Both the position numbers and the translations under genes were made by a program. DNA of 64,000 bases from Promethearchaeota archaeon (GTDB lineage Archaea > Asgardarchaeota > Lokiarchaeia > Sigyniarchaeales > SOKP01). Shown in pieces: positions 9,747 through 20,962 of the stretch (position 1 is the stretch's first letter; every line of letters starts with the position of its first letter). Under the pieces are notes generated by a model. That model was not told where the DNA came from. It saw only the letters and a list, made by a program, of their open reading frames with translations, and did no database searches. The stretch is taken from the NCBI GenBank assembly GCA_016840165.1, contig JAEOSU010000032.1:32001-96000 (forward strand), in the 5' to 3' direction.

Positions 9747-11687
9747 TTATTTCTTCTTACCTCCGGAAGCGGGTTTTAAATTTCCAATTACAAAATCGAG
9801 ACCTAATCTTTTCAAAGTCGCATCAGTAGGAATTCCTGTTTCTGGATCCCAACCACGTGCTTTATAATATCCGCTGAGTAGCGTTTGGTATCCCTCTTCT
9901 TTGAGTGTGACTCCCTTTGTAGGACCCTTGGTATGTGCTTCTTTAAAGAACTTCTCTGGCGGATGATCATCTGCTCGAGTCCATCCTTCCCGAATGTTAA
10001 AGCATTTCGAAAGATTTACGATAGCCTCACCTCTAAGATTGATAGATTCTTCCGTGTGAGGAATCCCTGTAACTAGCTCATAAACCTTGGCCATCTCAGC
10101 ATCATTTTCGTAGATACCACGAGTGAATTTGCATACTATATAAGAATCAATAACCGCGTAGATATCCTCTACCGAAATAATAGCTTTCGCCCTTTCAAGT
10201 GGTTGATCATAGGCAAAACGATCAAATTTTCCTTTCGCATCTAGACCATAGGCTCCATTGCGCAAATGACAAGCTCCACGAATGGACACACTCTCACCTA
10301 CGGCAAAGGATGTCATTCCATGAAGGTCAAAAGCCGGTAACTCTAATCCTTTGATATGCATACCATAATATCCCGCATCTTTTCGACCTTTTTCTTCTAA
10401 GCGTATTCCTGCTTGTCGAGTACCGTCACCAAAAATCTCTCCAGCGAATCCTTTTCCCATTATCATCTCTTCGGTAAATCTTACTAAATTTTTTGTAGAA
10501 CCAAAGGGTAATTTATATCCTAAATCTTTTTCAGTTACAAGACCTTTTTCAAAACATTCCATACACATCGCGGCAGTAACCCCGCCCGAAATTGCGTCGA
10601 TTCCTAGATCGTCACATAAAGCAACACATTTAAACACTGTAGGCCAATCAGGATTACCGCAAGCACTTCCAAAACTATAACAGATCTCGACATCAATACT
10701 TGCAAATAAGTTTGGCCAATCTGGATGGGTTTTGGGAACTTGGGCAATATGATCACAAGCTATAGAGCACTGAGAACACGCAACTTTTTTTACCACCCAA
10801 TCAATATTTAAAGTATCTCCTGTAAATGTGCCGTTATCGATTTCTTCCCAGGTTCCCTCTTGATGATTTCGAATAGGAAACATACCAAGCTTGTTATAGC
10901 TAGTTATACCCGCGGGAGTTCCTAAATCTCGATATTTCGCAGTAGCTGGACCGTTTGCGACTTTAATCAATTTTTTAGCCATTTTGTAAAATTCAACTGG
11001 GTTTGCTACTTTTGTGGCTTTAGTTCCTCTAAAACAAATAGCCTTTAAGTTTTTAGAACCCATAACTGCACCCATGCCTGTTCTTCCCGCTTGGCGGTTT
11101 CTATCATTGGTAATACAAGCTAGTTTACTCATTCTTTCTCCTGCTGGACCAATTGCCATGACCGCTAATCTTTGATCTTGAAATTCCTCTCGGAGCAATT
11201 CTTCAGTTTCCCAACAGCCTTTGCCCCATACGGTTTTTTCACACGGTACCAGATAATAATCATCATCATCAACAACCAAATAAACAGGTTCGGGAGATTT
11301 TCCTCTGAAAACAATCATATTAATTCCCGCTCTACGAGCTTGAGCTCCAATTGAACCAGAAGAAATAGACATTCCAAACATTCCTGTTAATGGTGATTTT
11401 GCAAATACTCCATATTTAGAACTAGTTGGGAGAATTGTTGTTGGAAAAGGACCAATCGCCCATATAAATATATTATCCGGTCCTAATGGATCCACACCAG
11501 GTTTTAGCTCATCCCATAATACTTTAGCTGCAAAGCCATATCCTCCAATCCAATCTCGACAGAATTCTTCAGAAAGCATAGTTTTATCTATTTTTCCATT
11601 AGTTAAATCAACATCAAGTCGTATTTGAGAATAGCCCTTTACTCGATCTGGAATAGATATATCTTTAGATTTACTCATATTGTACAC
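9747..11687 (-). CDS. aor: tungsten aldehyde:ferredoxin oxidoreductase family protein
   Basis: KSPLTG, AGRTGMGAVMGSKNLKA, CSQCSIAC, DDLGIDAIS and YYKARGWD motifs. Confidence 0.9.
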   Translation of the reverse strand: MYNMSKSKDISIPDRVKGYSQIRLDVDLTNGKIDKTMLSEEFCRDWIGGYGFAAKVLWDELKPGVDPLGPDNIFIWAIGPFPTTILPTSSKYGVFAKSPLTGMFGMSISSGSIGAQARRAGINMIVFRGKSPEPVYLVVDDDDYYLVPCEKTVWGKGCWETEELLREEFQDQRLAVMAIGPAGERMSKLACITNDRNRQAGRTGMGAVMGSKNLKAICFRGTKATKVANPVEFYKMAKKLIKVANGPATAKYRDLGTPAGITSYNKLGMFPIRNHQEGTWEEIDNGTFTGDTLNIDWVVKKVACSQCSIACDHIAQVPKTHPDWPNLFASIDVEICYSFGSACGNPDWPTVFKCVALCDDLGIDAISGGVTAAMCMECFEKGLVTEKDLGYKLPFGSTKNLVRFTEEMIMGKGFAGEIFGDGTRQAGIRLEEKGRKDAGYYGMHIKGLELPAFDLHGMTSFAVGESVSIRGACHLRNGAYGLDAKGKFDRFAYDQPLERAKAIISVEDIYAVIDSYIVCKFTRGIYENDAEMAKVYELVTGIPHTEESINLRGEAIVNLSKCFNIREGWTRADDHPPEKFFKEAHTKGPTKGVTLKEEGYQTLLSGYYKARGWDPETGIPTDATLKRLGLDFVIGNLKPASGGKKK

Positions 11688-12096
11688 TTACTTTTATTTA
11701 TTGATATTCAATTTTTCTGAACAATTTAATATAGATAATAACTCTTTATTAGGTTACTTGTTAATCTAAATAACCCCATCTTTTAGTTATTTCCTAATAT
11801 TAAATTTATGAAAAATCTCTATTGAATGATTTAAATTAGAATTAATTTTTATTTTATTTAAAATTCCCTAATTTTCTTATATAACAGAGAATCTGTTAAG
11901 ATTTCCTAAATTGATTTGTATTGAATTATATCTATTCATTTATTTTGTATTTCAGATATTCAATTAATTGTATTCTGAAAAGTTAAAACCTATGAAAAAT
12001 ATAACTAAAATAATACGATTTTACAAAAATCAGCCTAAAATGGAAGTTACTACTATTAAATACGAATGAAGCCCTTATAAAGGTGTCAAATTAATC

Positions 12097-13452
12097 TTGG
12101 ACTTACTAAACTTTTTAAAAAAGAATGTTATTTCTGCTACTGGATGTACCGAGCCAATAGCTATAGCTTATGCTGTATCATTGGCGTATTATGCTTTATT
12201 TCAAGAAAAAATTACGAATGATGTAAATGATTCTTTCAAATTCTTTAATAAAGTACCTGAGATTAAACCTGAGAATATCGAGATGATTAACATCAAAGTA
12301 GACCAGAATATCTATAAAAATGCCTATTCTGCTATAATACCAGGAACAAATGGTTTGAAAGGAATAGAGGTTGCAGCTGCGCTAGCCTTATATCAAAATC
12401 CGAAAGCAAAATTAAATATATTTAAAAATCTAAATTTGGTTAACTTTAACAAGATTGAGCAAATTCTAAATAGTGATGTCATAAAAGTATCATATTCAGA
12501 AGATTCACTTACTGATTATTTACTAAAAATAGATATAAGTCTAAAATATAAATCAAATGATGTTCTAAAAACCTCTCAAGTAAAAATCCGTGAGACTCAT
12601 GACAATGTAGTGGAAATTAAGGTAAACGGAATAGATTTATACAAAAAAACTAATAATCAAACAAATGATAAGGAGAAAAAAAAATCATTAAATTTGAACA
12701 CAATTTTAGAAATCGTTGAAACCGCAGATAAATCCGTCTTAGATGAAGTAGATAAGGGTATTTTAATGAATATGAAAGTCGCTAATGAAGGTGGGACTAG
12801 AAGATATGGGCTTGAAATTGCTAAGAATCTTAGGTACATCTTTAATGAAGATGGATGTTCAGATTCCATTATCTCTGAAATCCGTAGTAAAGTAGCTTCT
12901 GCAGCGGATGCTAGAATGGGCGGAACTAATTTACCCGTTATGACAACTTCGGGATCGGGAAACATGGGAATCACAGCAATTATACCAGTCGTAATCATGG
13001 GAGAACGAAGGCATATATCGAGAACTAAAATTAAAAAGGCTGTGTTATTGTCTCATTTAATCACATCAATTGCGGATCAATATCTTGGTCATTTATCTGC
13101 GTTGTGTGGAGTTGCTATTAAAGCAGGATTTGGAGTTGCTGCAGCTATAACATATATGTTAGATGGCTCTCAAGCTCAAATTAGCTATGCAATCAATTTG
13201 CTAGCTGCAAACAATATCGGATTTCTATGTGATGGAGCAAAGCCGGGCTGCGCGTTAAAAGTTTCGACTGCTGCAGGTATTGCAACCGAATGTGCCCTAA
13301 TGGCGTTAAATAATCAGAAAATAAGTCATGATAATGGAATCATCTTTGAAAACCCAGATGATACCCTCAAAGGCATAGGGAATTTATGCCATTCACTTTA
13401 TCAACTAAATAAAGAAATCATAGAATTAATTGAGAAGAGTGTTATAAATTAA
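12097..13452 (+). CDS. L-cysteine desulfidase / serine dehydratase-alpha family protein (YhaM/CdsB-like)
   Basis: ATGCTEPIA, DARMGG, SGSGNMG, LSALCG and CDGAKPGCALK motifs. Confidence 0.85.
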   Translation: MDLLNFLKKNVISATGCTEPIAIAYAVSLAYYALFQEKITNDVNDSFKFFNKVPEIKPENIEMINIKVDQNIYKNAYSAIIPGTNGLKGIEVAAALALYQNPKAKLNIFKNLNLVNFNKIEQILNSDVIKVSYSEDSLTDYLLKIDISLKYKSNDVLKTSQVKIRETHDNVVEIKVNGIDLYKKTNNQTNDKEKKKSLNLNTILEIVETADKSVLDEVDKGILMNMKVANEGGTRRYGLEIAKNLRYIFNEDGCSDSIISEIRSKVASAADARMGGTNLPVMTTSGSGNMGITAIIPVVIMGERRHISRTKIKKAVLLSHLITSIADQYLGHLSALCGVAIKAGFGVAAAITYMLDGSQAQISYAINLLAANNIGFLCDGAKPGCALKVSTAAGIATECALMALNNQKISHDNGIIFENPDDTLKGIGNLCHSLYQLNKEIIELIEKSVIN

Positions 13453-13455
13453 AAC

Positions 13456-14571
13456 CTATTTCTTCCTTTTCAAACCAACCATTTTTTTCAGCCAATTGGT
13501 TTTCTTAATTTTCCATTCTTTTGTTTGTTCTATAGGTACTGTGTATTGTTCGATTAAACCCACCGATAATAATGAATGAATTAAATTATGAGCTTTTTTG
13601 TTGCGAGTAATGATCATTGAGTAGCCTTTTGGAGCACCTGAAGCCCCAACACTGATATCAGAGAACTTACCCGTGAAATCATCACAATCATGGCAATGAC
13701 TCCTAACTGCGGGGTCTAATTTCTTAATATCGACTTCAAACTCATTGTCATTTTTATCTCTGATGAAGAAATTTTTCTTGATCCAAGTTTTTTTAATATT
13801 CTTAGGCTTAACTTTAGTTTCAGCCTGTAAGAGTTCGTATAATTTGTCGTAATTAAAATTCTCAAAACAAAATAAGCTAATAGCATATTTAACTACATGA
13901 GCGGGTTTAATATGAAGAAATCGCATCTTCCCTATTGCCCGTATTTGACATGGAGTTCCTACAAAGACTAATCTTAGCTGTTCGATGTCTAAAATTCTTT
14001 TTTTCTCAATAATATCCAAAGAAATATTATATAAATCTTTTAACGGTAAAATCTGTGAGGAAATAGAATAACGCGTTCCTGAGGATTTTAATATATCTTC
14101 TTTACCATAAATGATTTTTGGAATTGTATTTAAATTATCATCATATAGAGATACAATCGCGGCATCTATCATATTCCTATCAAAGAGATATGATAATATA
14201 GTGGATACTACGCCTCCATCCTGACCTACTTCTTTAATCGCTTCCTGTGTGGTCTTAGCAGCAATTATCTCTTCTATATAACCTAACTCATCCTCGATTT
14301 TATAGAATTTATTTATCTTTTCTTGGATAGTATCTGTTTGGGGACATATATAATAACACAAACCACACTCCGTGCAATTATCTACAGTTTCAGGAGATTT
14401 ATATTTAGGAGTATAACCCTCCATTTTAATTACATTAAATCCTTGACTTTCACAATAAGCAACACATGCACCGCATGAGCAGCATTTTCCTGGATGAATT
14501 ACGGTCTCAAAGAGATCCTTGAAAACTTTTACTTCTTCTCCTTTTGAATCATTTTTCCTAATTTCAGTCAT
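13456..14571 (-). CDS. coenzyme F420 hydrogenase/dehydrogenase beta subunit (FrhB family) with N-terminal ferredoxin (FpoF-like)
   Basis: CCSCGAC and CTECGLCYYICP; GQDGGVVS, VGTPCQ, LFCFENF, CHDCDDF and SDISVG. Confidence 0.85.
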   Translation of the reverse strand: MTEIRKNDSKGEEVKVFKDLFETVIHPGKCCSCGACVAYCESQGFNVIKMEGYTPKYKSPETVDNCTECGLCYYICPQTDTIQEKINKFYKIEDELGYIEEIIAAKTTQEAIKEVGQDGGVVSTILSYLFDRNMIDAAIVSLYDDNLNTIPKIIYGKEDILKSSGTRYSISSQILPLKDLYNISLDIIEKKRILDIEQLRLVFVGTPCQIRAIGKMRFLHIKPAHVVKYAISLFCFENFNYDKLYELLQAETKVKPKNIKKTWIKKNFFIRDKNDNEFEVDIKKLDPAVRSHCHDCDDFTGKFSDISVGASGAPKGYSMIITRNKKAHNLIHSLLSVGLIEQYTVPIEQTKEWKIKKTNWLKKMVGLKRKK

Positions 14572-15049
14572 TTATGCTAACCTCACAAGCACTTTCTAAA
14601 TTAATTAAATTTAATTTTTTAGGGATTTTTGATTCTCCTAGTTTTTTTACCGATTCTGTAAATTCTCTGATTAATTCTGCAAATTGTTTTCCTTCACTTG
14701 CAGAGATCCAATGCAATCGAAATCTCTCCTCTTCAATACCTATACTTTTGATAAGACGTTTAAGATGTTCCATCCTCCTTTTAGTAAATTCATTTCCTGT
14801 AATATAATGACAATCTCCAATATGGCATCCCGTAATTAAAACACCATCCACACCATTTTTAAATGCATTTAAAACAAAGGTAGGTTCAACCCTTCCAGAA
14901 CACATAACGCGAATTATTCTGACATTAGGTGGATATTGATATCTTGAAACTCCCGCTAAATCTGCACCTGCATATGAGCACCAATTACAGCAAAAAGCAA
15001 GAATTACGGGTTCAAAATCTTCTTGATCTTTTCTTTTTGTGTCTATCAT
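14564..15049 (-). CDS. mvhD: MvhD hydrogenase iron-sulfur subunit (all-Cys)
   Basis: AFCCNWCSYAGADLAG, RVMCSGRV, GCHIGDCHY, WISASEG. Confidence 0.92.
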   Translation of the reverse strand: MIDTKRKDQEDFEPVILAFCCNWCSYAGADLAGVSRYQYPPNVRIIRVMCSGRVEPTFVLNAFKNGVDGVLITGCHIGDCHYITGNEFTKRRMEHLKRLIKSIGIEEERFRLHWISASEGKQFAELIREFTESVKKLGESKIPKKLNLINLESACEVSIND

Positions 15050-15082
15050 ACTTTATCCATCATTTTTTTATGTTTTTTAATT

Positions 15083-18000
15083 CTATACTATTCCTTTTAA
15101 TTCCTCAATCATTTTTTCGATTTGCTCTTTTCGATAATGATTTTGGTCAATCGCTTCAACCGGGCATTCAGCAACGCATGCACCACACCCCTTACACACG
15201 GCTTTAATTACTCTAGCTTTTTTCATTTTCACCTTATATAACCCCATTTCTTTCTCCACGTCATAAGTTTCTAAAGCATTATAAGGACACACTTCAACAC
15301 ATCTACCGCATCCTATGCATCTTAATTCATCAATATCAGCAGTAATTCCCTCTACAATTGCCTTTCCCTTCATCAAGAGAATTAATGCCCTTGAAGCGGC
15401 GCCAAGTGCTTGACTTATTGATTCATTAAGATTTTTTGGACTCTGAGCGGTTCCACACAGGAATATTCCATCAGTGGCAAAATCAACTGGTCTTAATTTG
15501 GCATGAGCTTCAAGAAAGAAACCATTCTTATCAATTGGTACCTTTAACATTTCAGATAGTTGTTTACTATCCTCCCATGATACTATTGGAGTTGCTAACA
15601 CGAGTCTATCGACTATGAGTTCATAATATTCCCCAACAAATGAATCAAACACTTCCAATGTTATTTTTTTATCACTTTTTTTAAGAATTGGTGGTTTGTC
15701 TGGTATATATTGAATAAAATTAATCCCTTTTTGTCGTGCTTCATAATACTTTAATTCTTCTTCAAAGAAAACTCTAACATCACGATACAAAATATATACT
15801 TGGGCATTGGGATATTTTTCTTTTACGATTAAAGCATTTTTTATAGATTCGCCACAACAAGTTAGTGAACAATAAGTTCTTCCTTTTTCCTCACGAGAGC
15901 CTACACATTGGATGAATGTGATAACTTCATTCTTGTTTAACTTTTCTTTATGAAGTAAACTATCGAATTCTAAATTTGTATAAACATGATTATTTTCATT
16001 ATACGCATAATAACCATTAGGTTTAAATTCTTTCCCTCCCGTAGCTACAATGATTGTTCCGATTTTTAGGCTTCTCTCATTATTTTCTTGGTTAATAAGC
16101 GCAATAAAATTTCCTAATGAACCACTTAAATTTTGTAAGGTAGAAGAGGTAAATATTTCTATATTTGGATTAGTTTCAACCTTTTCAATCAATGGATTTA
16201 TAAAATCTTCTGAAGGATGTTTATCAAGATTTAGGCTCTTCAATTCGCGAACTAATCCTCCTAATTGCTCTTCTTTTTCAATAAGATAAACCTTGAATCC
16301 TTTTTTAGCTATTGCTAATGCGGAGGTCATACCCGCCACTCCTCCTCCAATAATTAAAGTAGATGGGGTGATCTCCACTTCAATGTCGTCTAAAGGTTCA
16401 GCGAGACGTGTTTTTGCGATGGTCATTTGTATAAGTTCTTGTGCTTTCTTTGTTGCTTTTTCTGGGTCTTTCATATGGACCCAGCTAACTAATTCTCTTA
16501 TACTTGTAAATAATACTAAGTAGGGGTTAAGTCCTGCTTTTCTACATGTGGCTTGAAATAGTGGAAGATGGGTACGAGGCGTACATGACGCGATGATTAC
16601 TCGATTCAAATCATGTTCGGTTATTGCTGCCTGTATACTATGTTGAGATTCTTCAGAACATGTATATAAGTTTCTCTCAACATAGACAACTCCGGGTATC
16701 TCCTTGATCTTGTCTGCAACTGTGGCAACATCTACTACACCAGCAATATTTGATCCACAATGGCAAACAAACACACCGATTCGTGGTGGATCGTTTGGTG
16801 ATACTATCTTTTCAGGTATTTCTTCTTTTATCTCTTCAGCTTTTATAATTGAGCTCCTTCCTGAAGCGAAGCTTGAAGCGCCACATGCTTCAGATACTGA
16901 TGTTGAAATATCTTCAGGCCCATGAGCGCATCCACATGTAAAAATCCCCGGTATACTCGTTTCTATATTATTAAAAGAAGATTTTGGTTTAATAAAGCCA
17001 TACTCATCTATTTCTATACCTAAGATTTTATTCAATTTCTCTGAATTCTTATTAGGTACAACAGCTGGAAATAAAACTACCATATTTACGGTATCAAATT
17101 TAACCTCTCCCGTTGTAATATCGGTATGTCTTATTACTAAATCGTTCGTTTCTGGATTCTCATAGATTTTATTTGGTAATCCTTTGATATAATTAACATG
17201 ATAATCATCTTTTGCTTTTTCAATAAATTCATTATGGTTTTTCCCAATAGCACGTAAATCATTATAATAAACAAGGATTTCTGTATCTGGAGAATGTTCC
17301 ATTGTCATTATTGCTTCTTTTGAAGCATACATACAACAGATTTTTGAGCAGTAAGGTTTTTCATTAAAATTACGAGAACCAACACATAAAATAAAAGCCA
17401 TTTTATGAGGATGTTTTCTATCTGTCTGGCGCACAATTTCTCCACCTGTAGGACCTGAAGCGCTCATAATTCGTTCATATTCTAAAGATGTAAATACATT
17501 TGTATATCTTCCATGACCATAATTCTCTAAGGCACTTACGTCCATTAAATCAAAACCAGTAGCAACTAGAATTGATGATACTTGAATTTCAATTTCTTCG
17601 GGTTTTTGAGAGAAATCTATTGCTTCTGCTAAACAAGCTTTCGTACATAGTTTACAAATCCCATAGTTTAAATATAAACAACTTTTTTCATCGATAAGAT
17701 ATTTTGCTGGAACAGCTTGAAGAAATGGTATATATGCGGCATGATTATCCTTTAATCCTACTTCAAATTCATTTGGAACATCTCTTACAGGACAAATTGT
17801 GGCACAATCTCCGCATCCCGTACATTTTTCTGTATCAATATAGCGTGGTTTTTTTAAAATGGTCACCTTAAACTCATCGCCATCATTAATTGGGTCAACT
17901 TTCGATACCTCTGAATAAGTATAGAGATTAATCCGCGGATGACGGGAGCACTCCACCATTTTTGGCGCTAAGATACATATCGAACAGTCTAAAGTGGGGA

Positions 18001-18169
18001 AGGTCTTATCCAACTGAGCCATCTTTCCACCTATAGATGGAGTGATTTCTACTAAATTGACCACGTGACCTTGTTCTGCAAGATCTAAAGCAGCATTAAT
18101 TCCAGCTACTCCTCCTCCAATAATTAAAACTTGACTTCCATTATTCCTTTCTATAGCCATATCTATCAC
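15083..18169 (-). CDS. hdrA: large heterodisulfide reductase A-like protein (two FAD modules, all-Cys), 1028 aa
   Basis: GGGVAG twice, LDKTFPTLDCSICIL, CVGSR twice, internal GVFVCHCG and ASCTPRTH, ferredoxin motifs. Confidence 0.9.
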   Translation of the reverse strand: MIDMAIERNNGSQVLIIGGGVAGINAALDLAEQGHVVNLVEITPSIGGKMAQLDKTFPTLDCSICILAPKMVECSRHPRINLYTYSEVSKVDPINDGDEFKVTILKKPRYIDTEKCTGCGDCATICPVRDVPNEFEVGLKDNHAAYIPFLQAVPAKYLIDEKSCLYLNYGICKLCTKACLAEAIDFSQKPEEIEIQVSSILVATGFDLMDVSALENYGHGRYTNVFTSLEYERIMSASGPTGGEIVRQTDRKHPHKMAFILCVGSRNFNEKPYCSKICCMYASKEAIMTMEHSPDTEILVYYNDLRAIGKNHNEFIEKAKDDYHVNYIKGLPNKIYENPETNDLVIRHTDITTGEVKFDTVNMVVLFPAVVPNKNSEKLNKILGIEIDEYGFIKPKSSFNNIETSIPGIFTCGCAHGPEDISTSVSEACGASSFASGRSSIIKAEEIKEEIPEKIVSPNDPPRIGVFVCHCGSNIAGVVDVATVADKIKEIPGVVYVERNLYTCSEESQHSIQAAITEHDLNRVIIASCTPRTHLPLFQATCRKAGLNPYLVLFTSIRELVSWVHMKDPEKATKKAQELIQMTIAKTRLAEPLDDIEVEITPSTLIIGGGVAGMTSALAIAKKGFKVYLIEKEEQLGGLVRELKSLNLDKHPSEDFINPLIEKVETNPNIEIFTSSTLQNLSGSLGNFIALINQENNERSLKIGTIIVATGGKEFKPNGYYAYNENNHVYTNLEFDSLLHKEKLNKNEVITFIQCVGSREEKGRTYCSLTCCGESIKNALIVKEKYPNAQVYILYRDVRVFFEEELKYYEARQKGINFIQYIPDKPPILKKSDKKITLEVFDSFVGEYYELIVDRLVLATPIVSWEDSKQLSEMLKVPIDKNGFFLEAHAKLRPVDFATDGIFLCGTAQSPKNLNESISQALGAASRALILLMKGKAIVEGITADIDELRCIGCGRCVEVCPYNALETYDVEKEMGLYKVKMKKARVIKAVCKGCGACVAECPVEAIDQNHYRKEQIEKMIEELKGIV

Positions 18170-18172
18170 GTC

Positions 18173-18601
18173 CTAATTTCCATTATTATAAGGTCCTAAT
18201 GACACTATTTTTTCTGTAAAATCTTTAATGAGATTAATGAATTTTGATTTTTCTTCAGGTGAAACCCAATCTAAACAAACTCTATCGGGATTAATCTGTA
18301 ATAACTTGAGTAATTTTTTCGATTTTGCAACTCTTTCTTCTGCTTTTTCATTCCCATTAATGTAATGACATTGCTTTAAATGGCATCCACAAATGAGGAC
18401 TCCATCATTTCCCTGATTAAGTGTTTCAAGAATTAATGCTGGTTCAATTGTTCCTGAACATACAACCCTTTTTACTTTAATTGAAGGAGACCCTTGAATT
18501 GCACCAGCAGTTAATACATCCGTTTCAGTAAAACCACTCCAATTACATAAATAGGTCATAATTTTCGGTTCAAATGATTTTTTAATTTTCTTTTTAGCCA
18601 T
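18173..18601 (-). CDS. divergent MvhD-like protein
   Basis: YLCNWSG, VVCSG, GCHLKQCHYINGN; CxxC changed to CNWS. Confidence 0.8.
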   Translation of the reverse strand: MAKKKIKKSFEPKIMTYLCNWSGFTETDVLTAGAIQGSPSIKVKRVVCSGTIEPALILETLNQGNDGVLICGCHLKQCHYINGNEKAEERVAKSKKLLKLLQINPDRVCLDWVSPEEKSKFINLIKDFTEKIVSLGPYNNGN

Positions 18602-18613
18602 TAAATTTATCCC

Positions 18614-20962
18614 TCATTTTATGTATGATTGAATTATTTCTGTGATTTGTGTATTTGAGAAGTATTTCATTGAAATTGCACTTACGGGGCAAACCGTTTC
18701 GCATGCTCCACATCCGACACATGCATCGGGAATAATTTTCGATTTATATCGAATTAAGGATAAAGAGGGAGAAACACTATCACGTATAGCATTATATTCA
18801 ACAAGTGTTTCAACTCTTTCGATAGCATCAAAATTACAAGCGTCAATACAATCTCCACAGCAAATACATTTCTCCTCGCTTACCATTGCAACAGGGCTCA
18901 ATAATTTCCATCTATAATTCGTTCCCCTTCTGAGATCATAACATAGTAGCCATGATTCTCCGGGCGATAATATAACTGTATTAACATTGAGAGAAATTAT
19001 TTCTCCCTCCTTTTCATGCTTCAATGGCCTCGCCACACAAGCTTTTATATTTTCTAAACATTCAGTACAAATACCACAACTCAAGCAGCGTTTAGCTTCT
19101 TCAATCGCTGCTTCATTTTCCATTCTAACGGTGATATCGTCAAAATTAGTTATTCTATCCTTCACTGGAATTAATTTAATCTCTTCTCTTGGAGCATGAG
19201 TAACTCTTTCTAACCCTTCCATCTGATCGATATGAATTATCTCATCTTCGCTATAGTCGGGTATTGTTTCTTTAATTTTTGTAATATCGACTCCCTTTAA
19301 ATATTGATCGATTATAAATCCCGCTTTATTTCCTGTAGCTATAGCTTTAATTGCAGAGCCTGGGCCAGTAACAATCTCTCCTCCTGCAAATACTCCTTCT
19401 AATGAAGTTTGAAAAGTAATTTTATCAACTGCAATTCCTCTTTCGACTTTTATTTCTTTATCTAAAAAGTCAAGATCTCCTCCTTGCCCTACAGAAACAA
19501 TTATCATATCACCTTCAAATATTTCTTCTGTACATGCTTCAAGAACCGGATTGAAACGTCCATCAGCGTCAAATACAGAGCTACAAATTAATGTTTCAAC
19601 TCCGGTTACTTTTCCATTTTTTCCTATAAATCTATTTGGTCCTCTACTCACATTGAATATAATTCCCTCTTCCTTTGCTTCTTCAACTTCCCAAGGTTGA
19701 GCTGGTATAATATCATCTGACTCTAACATTATCATCTGAACTTTTTCAGCCCCCAATCGCAATGCTGATCTCGCTACATCGATAGCCACGTCGCCACCAC
19801 CAATCACTATCACATTCTTTCCAACGGTAACATGATTCTCTAATTTACAGCTCTTAAGGAATTCAATTGCATATCTGATATTTTTCAGATCTTCACCTTC
19901 GATATTTAATTTTCTGCTATTTTGCAATCCCACCCCAATATACACAGCATCATATTTCTTTTTTAAATCTTTAATACTGAGACCTGTGGAACCAACAGCG
20001 GTATTTGTTTTTATTTCAACGCCATACTTTTTAATATGCTCAATATCTGCATTTACTATCTCTGGTGGCAATCGATAATTAGGAACACCTAGTCGAACCA
20101 TTCCACCAGGAACGGGTTCTCTTTCGAAGATTGTTACGGCGTATCCACGTCTAGCTAATTGATAAGCTACAGTTAACCCTGAAGGCCCAGACCCAACAAT
20201 AGCAACTTTTTTATCTTTTTTCTCTTCTAAAAATTCTAGCTCGTCATCTAAATTTTCTCTAACGAAATCAGCCACAAATCTTTTTAAACCACAAATATTA
20301 ACGGGTTCATCCACTTCCCCTCTATTACATATTGTTTCACAGGGATGGTTACAAATTCGACCAATAATTGCGGGTAATGGGCATCTATCTCTAATAACAT
20401 TTAAAGCTTCTTGATATTGTTCCTTAGATATTAAAGAATTATATTCCTGTGCCTTTACATGCGCAGGACATTCATTCTCACAAGGTGGAACTTTTCTGCT
20501 CTCTAACAATATTTTTAAAGACATATTTTCAGGAAAATGAGGGTATATTTGTTCCAGTCCGCTTTCCCTTTCTTTTGGATCAATCGTTCCCTCTGAAAGT
20601 GATTTTAAATAACAATCCTCGCAAAGAGAACGTTCTTCTTTGGTAATAGTATCCGCTTTTTTCCTAACTTTAACTTTAAAATTACCTGGTTTGCCTTCTA
20701 AATTAACGATATCTGCATTTTCTATTAATTCAATATTAGGATTTTTCTCAATATCCATTATTTTTGGAGCATATAAACAAACAGAACAATCATTAATCGG
20801 AATAAAATTATCTGAATCCTTTTCAAATTCTTTAATTAGAGGATATTTTTCAATCAGGTATACTTTTACATCTAATTTTGCTAAATCTAAAGCTGCTTGA
20901 CATCCACCTATACCCGCCCCTACAATCAGAACTGAATTCTGTTCATCCGTCTCACTCTTCAT
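18614..20962 (-). CDS. HdrA-like/GltD(NfnB)-like FAD/Fe-S NAD(P)H oxidoreductase fusion (HdrL-type)
   Basis: HdrA-like N-terminus (GAGIGG, DCSVC), GltD core (PPCENECP, GRICNHPCE, GSGPSG, GGGDVAID, EAKRCLSC), C-terminal ferredoxins. Confidence 0.8.
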   Translation of the reverse strand: MKSETDEQNSVLIVGAGIGGCQAALDLAKLDVKVYLIEKYPLIKEFEKDSDNFIPINDCSVCLYAPKIMDIEKNPNIELIENADIVNLEGKPGNFKVKVRKKADTITKEERSLCEDCYLKSLSEGTIDPKERESGLEQIYPHFPENMSLKILLESRKVPPCENECPAHVKAQEYNSLISKEQYQEALNVIRDRCPLPAIIGRICNHPCETICNRGEVDEPVNICGLKRFVADFVRENLDDELEFLEEKKDKKVAIVGSGPSGLTVAYQLARRGYAVTIFEREPVPGGMVRLGVPNYRLPPEIVNADIEHIKKYGVEIKTNTAVGSTGLSIKDLKKKYDAVYIGVGLQNSRKLNIEGEDLKNIRYAIEFLKSCKLENHVTVGKNVIVIGGGDVAIDVARSALRLGAEKVQMIMLESDDIIPAQPWEVEEAKEEGIIFNVSRGPNRFIGKNGKVTGVETLICSSVFDADGRFNPVLEACTEEIFEGDMIIVSVGQGGDLDFLDKEIKVERGIAVDKITFQTSLEGVFAGGEIVTGPGSAIKAIATGNKAGFIIDQYLKGVDITKIKETIPDYSEDEIIHIDQMEGLERVTHAPREEIKLIPVKDRITNFDDITVRMENEAAIEEAKRCLSCGICTECLENIKACVARPLKHEKEGEIISLNVNTVILSPGESWLLCYDLRRGTNYRWKLLSPVAMVSEEKCICCGDCIDACNFDAIERVETLVEYNAIRDSVSPSLSLIRYKSKIIPDACVGCGACETVCPVSAISMKYFSNTQITEIIQSYIK

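Noticed and set aside
11688-12096. Long AT-rich intergenic regions (also 22222-22512) as ncRNA, tRNA or CRISPR
   Set aside because: No repeats, cloverleaf or stable structure seen; consistent with divergent promoters
18599-18616. TGA stop of the HdrL-like gene is in frame with the downstream mvhD-like start (possible read-through fusion)
   Set aside because: The TGA is not at a Cys column, it overlaps an SD-like GAGGG, and no SECIS was seen for this operon. In-frame by chance one time in three.
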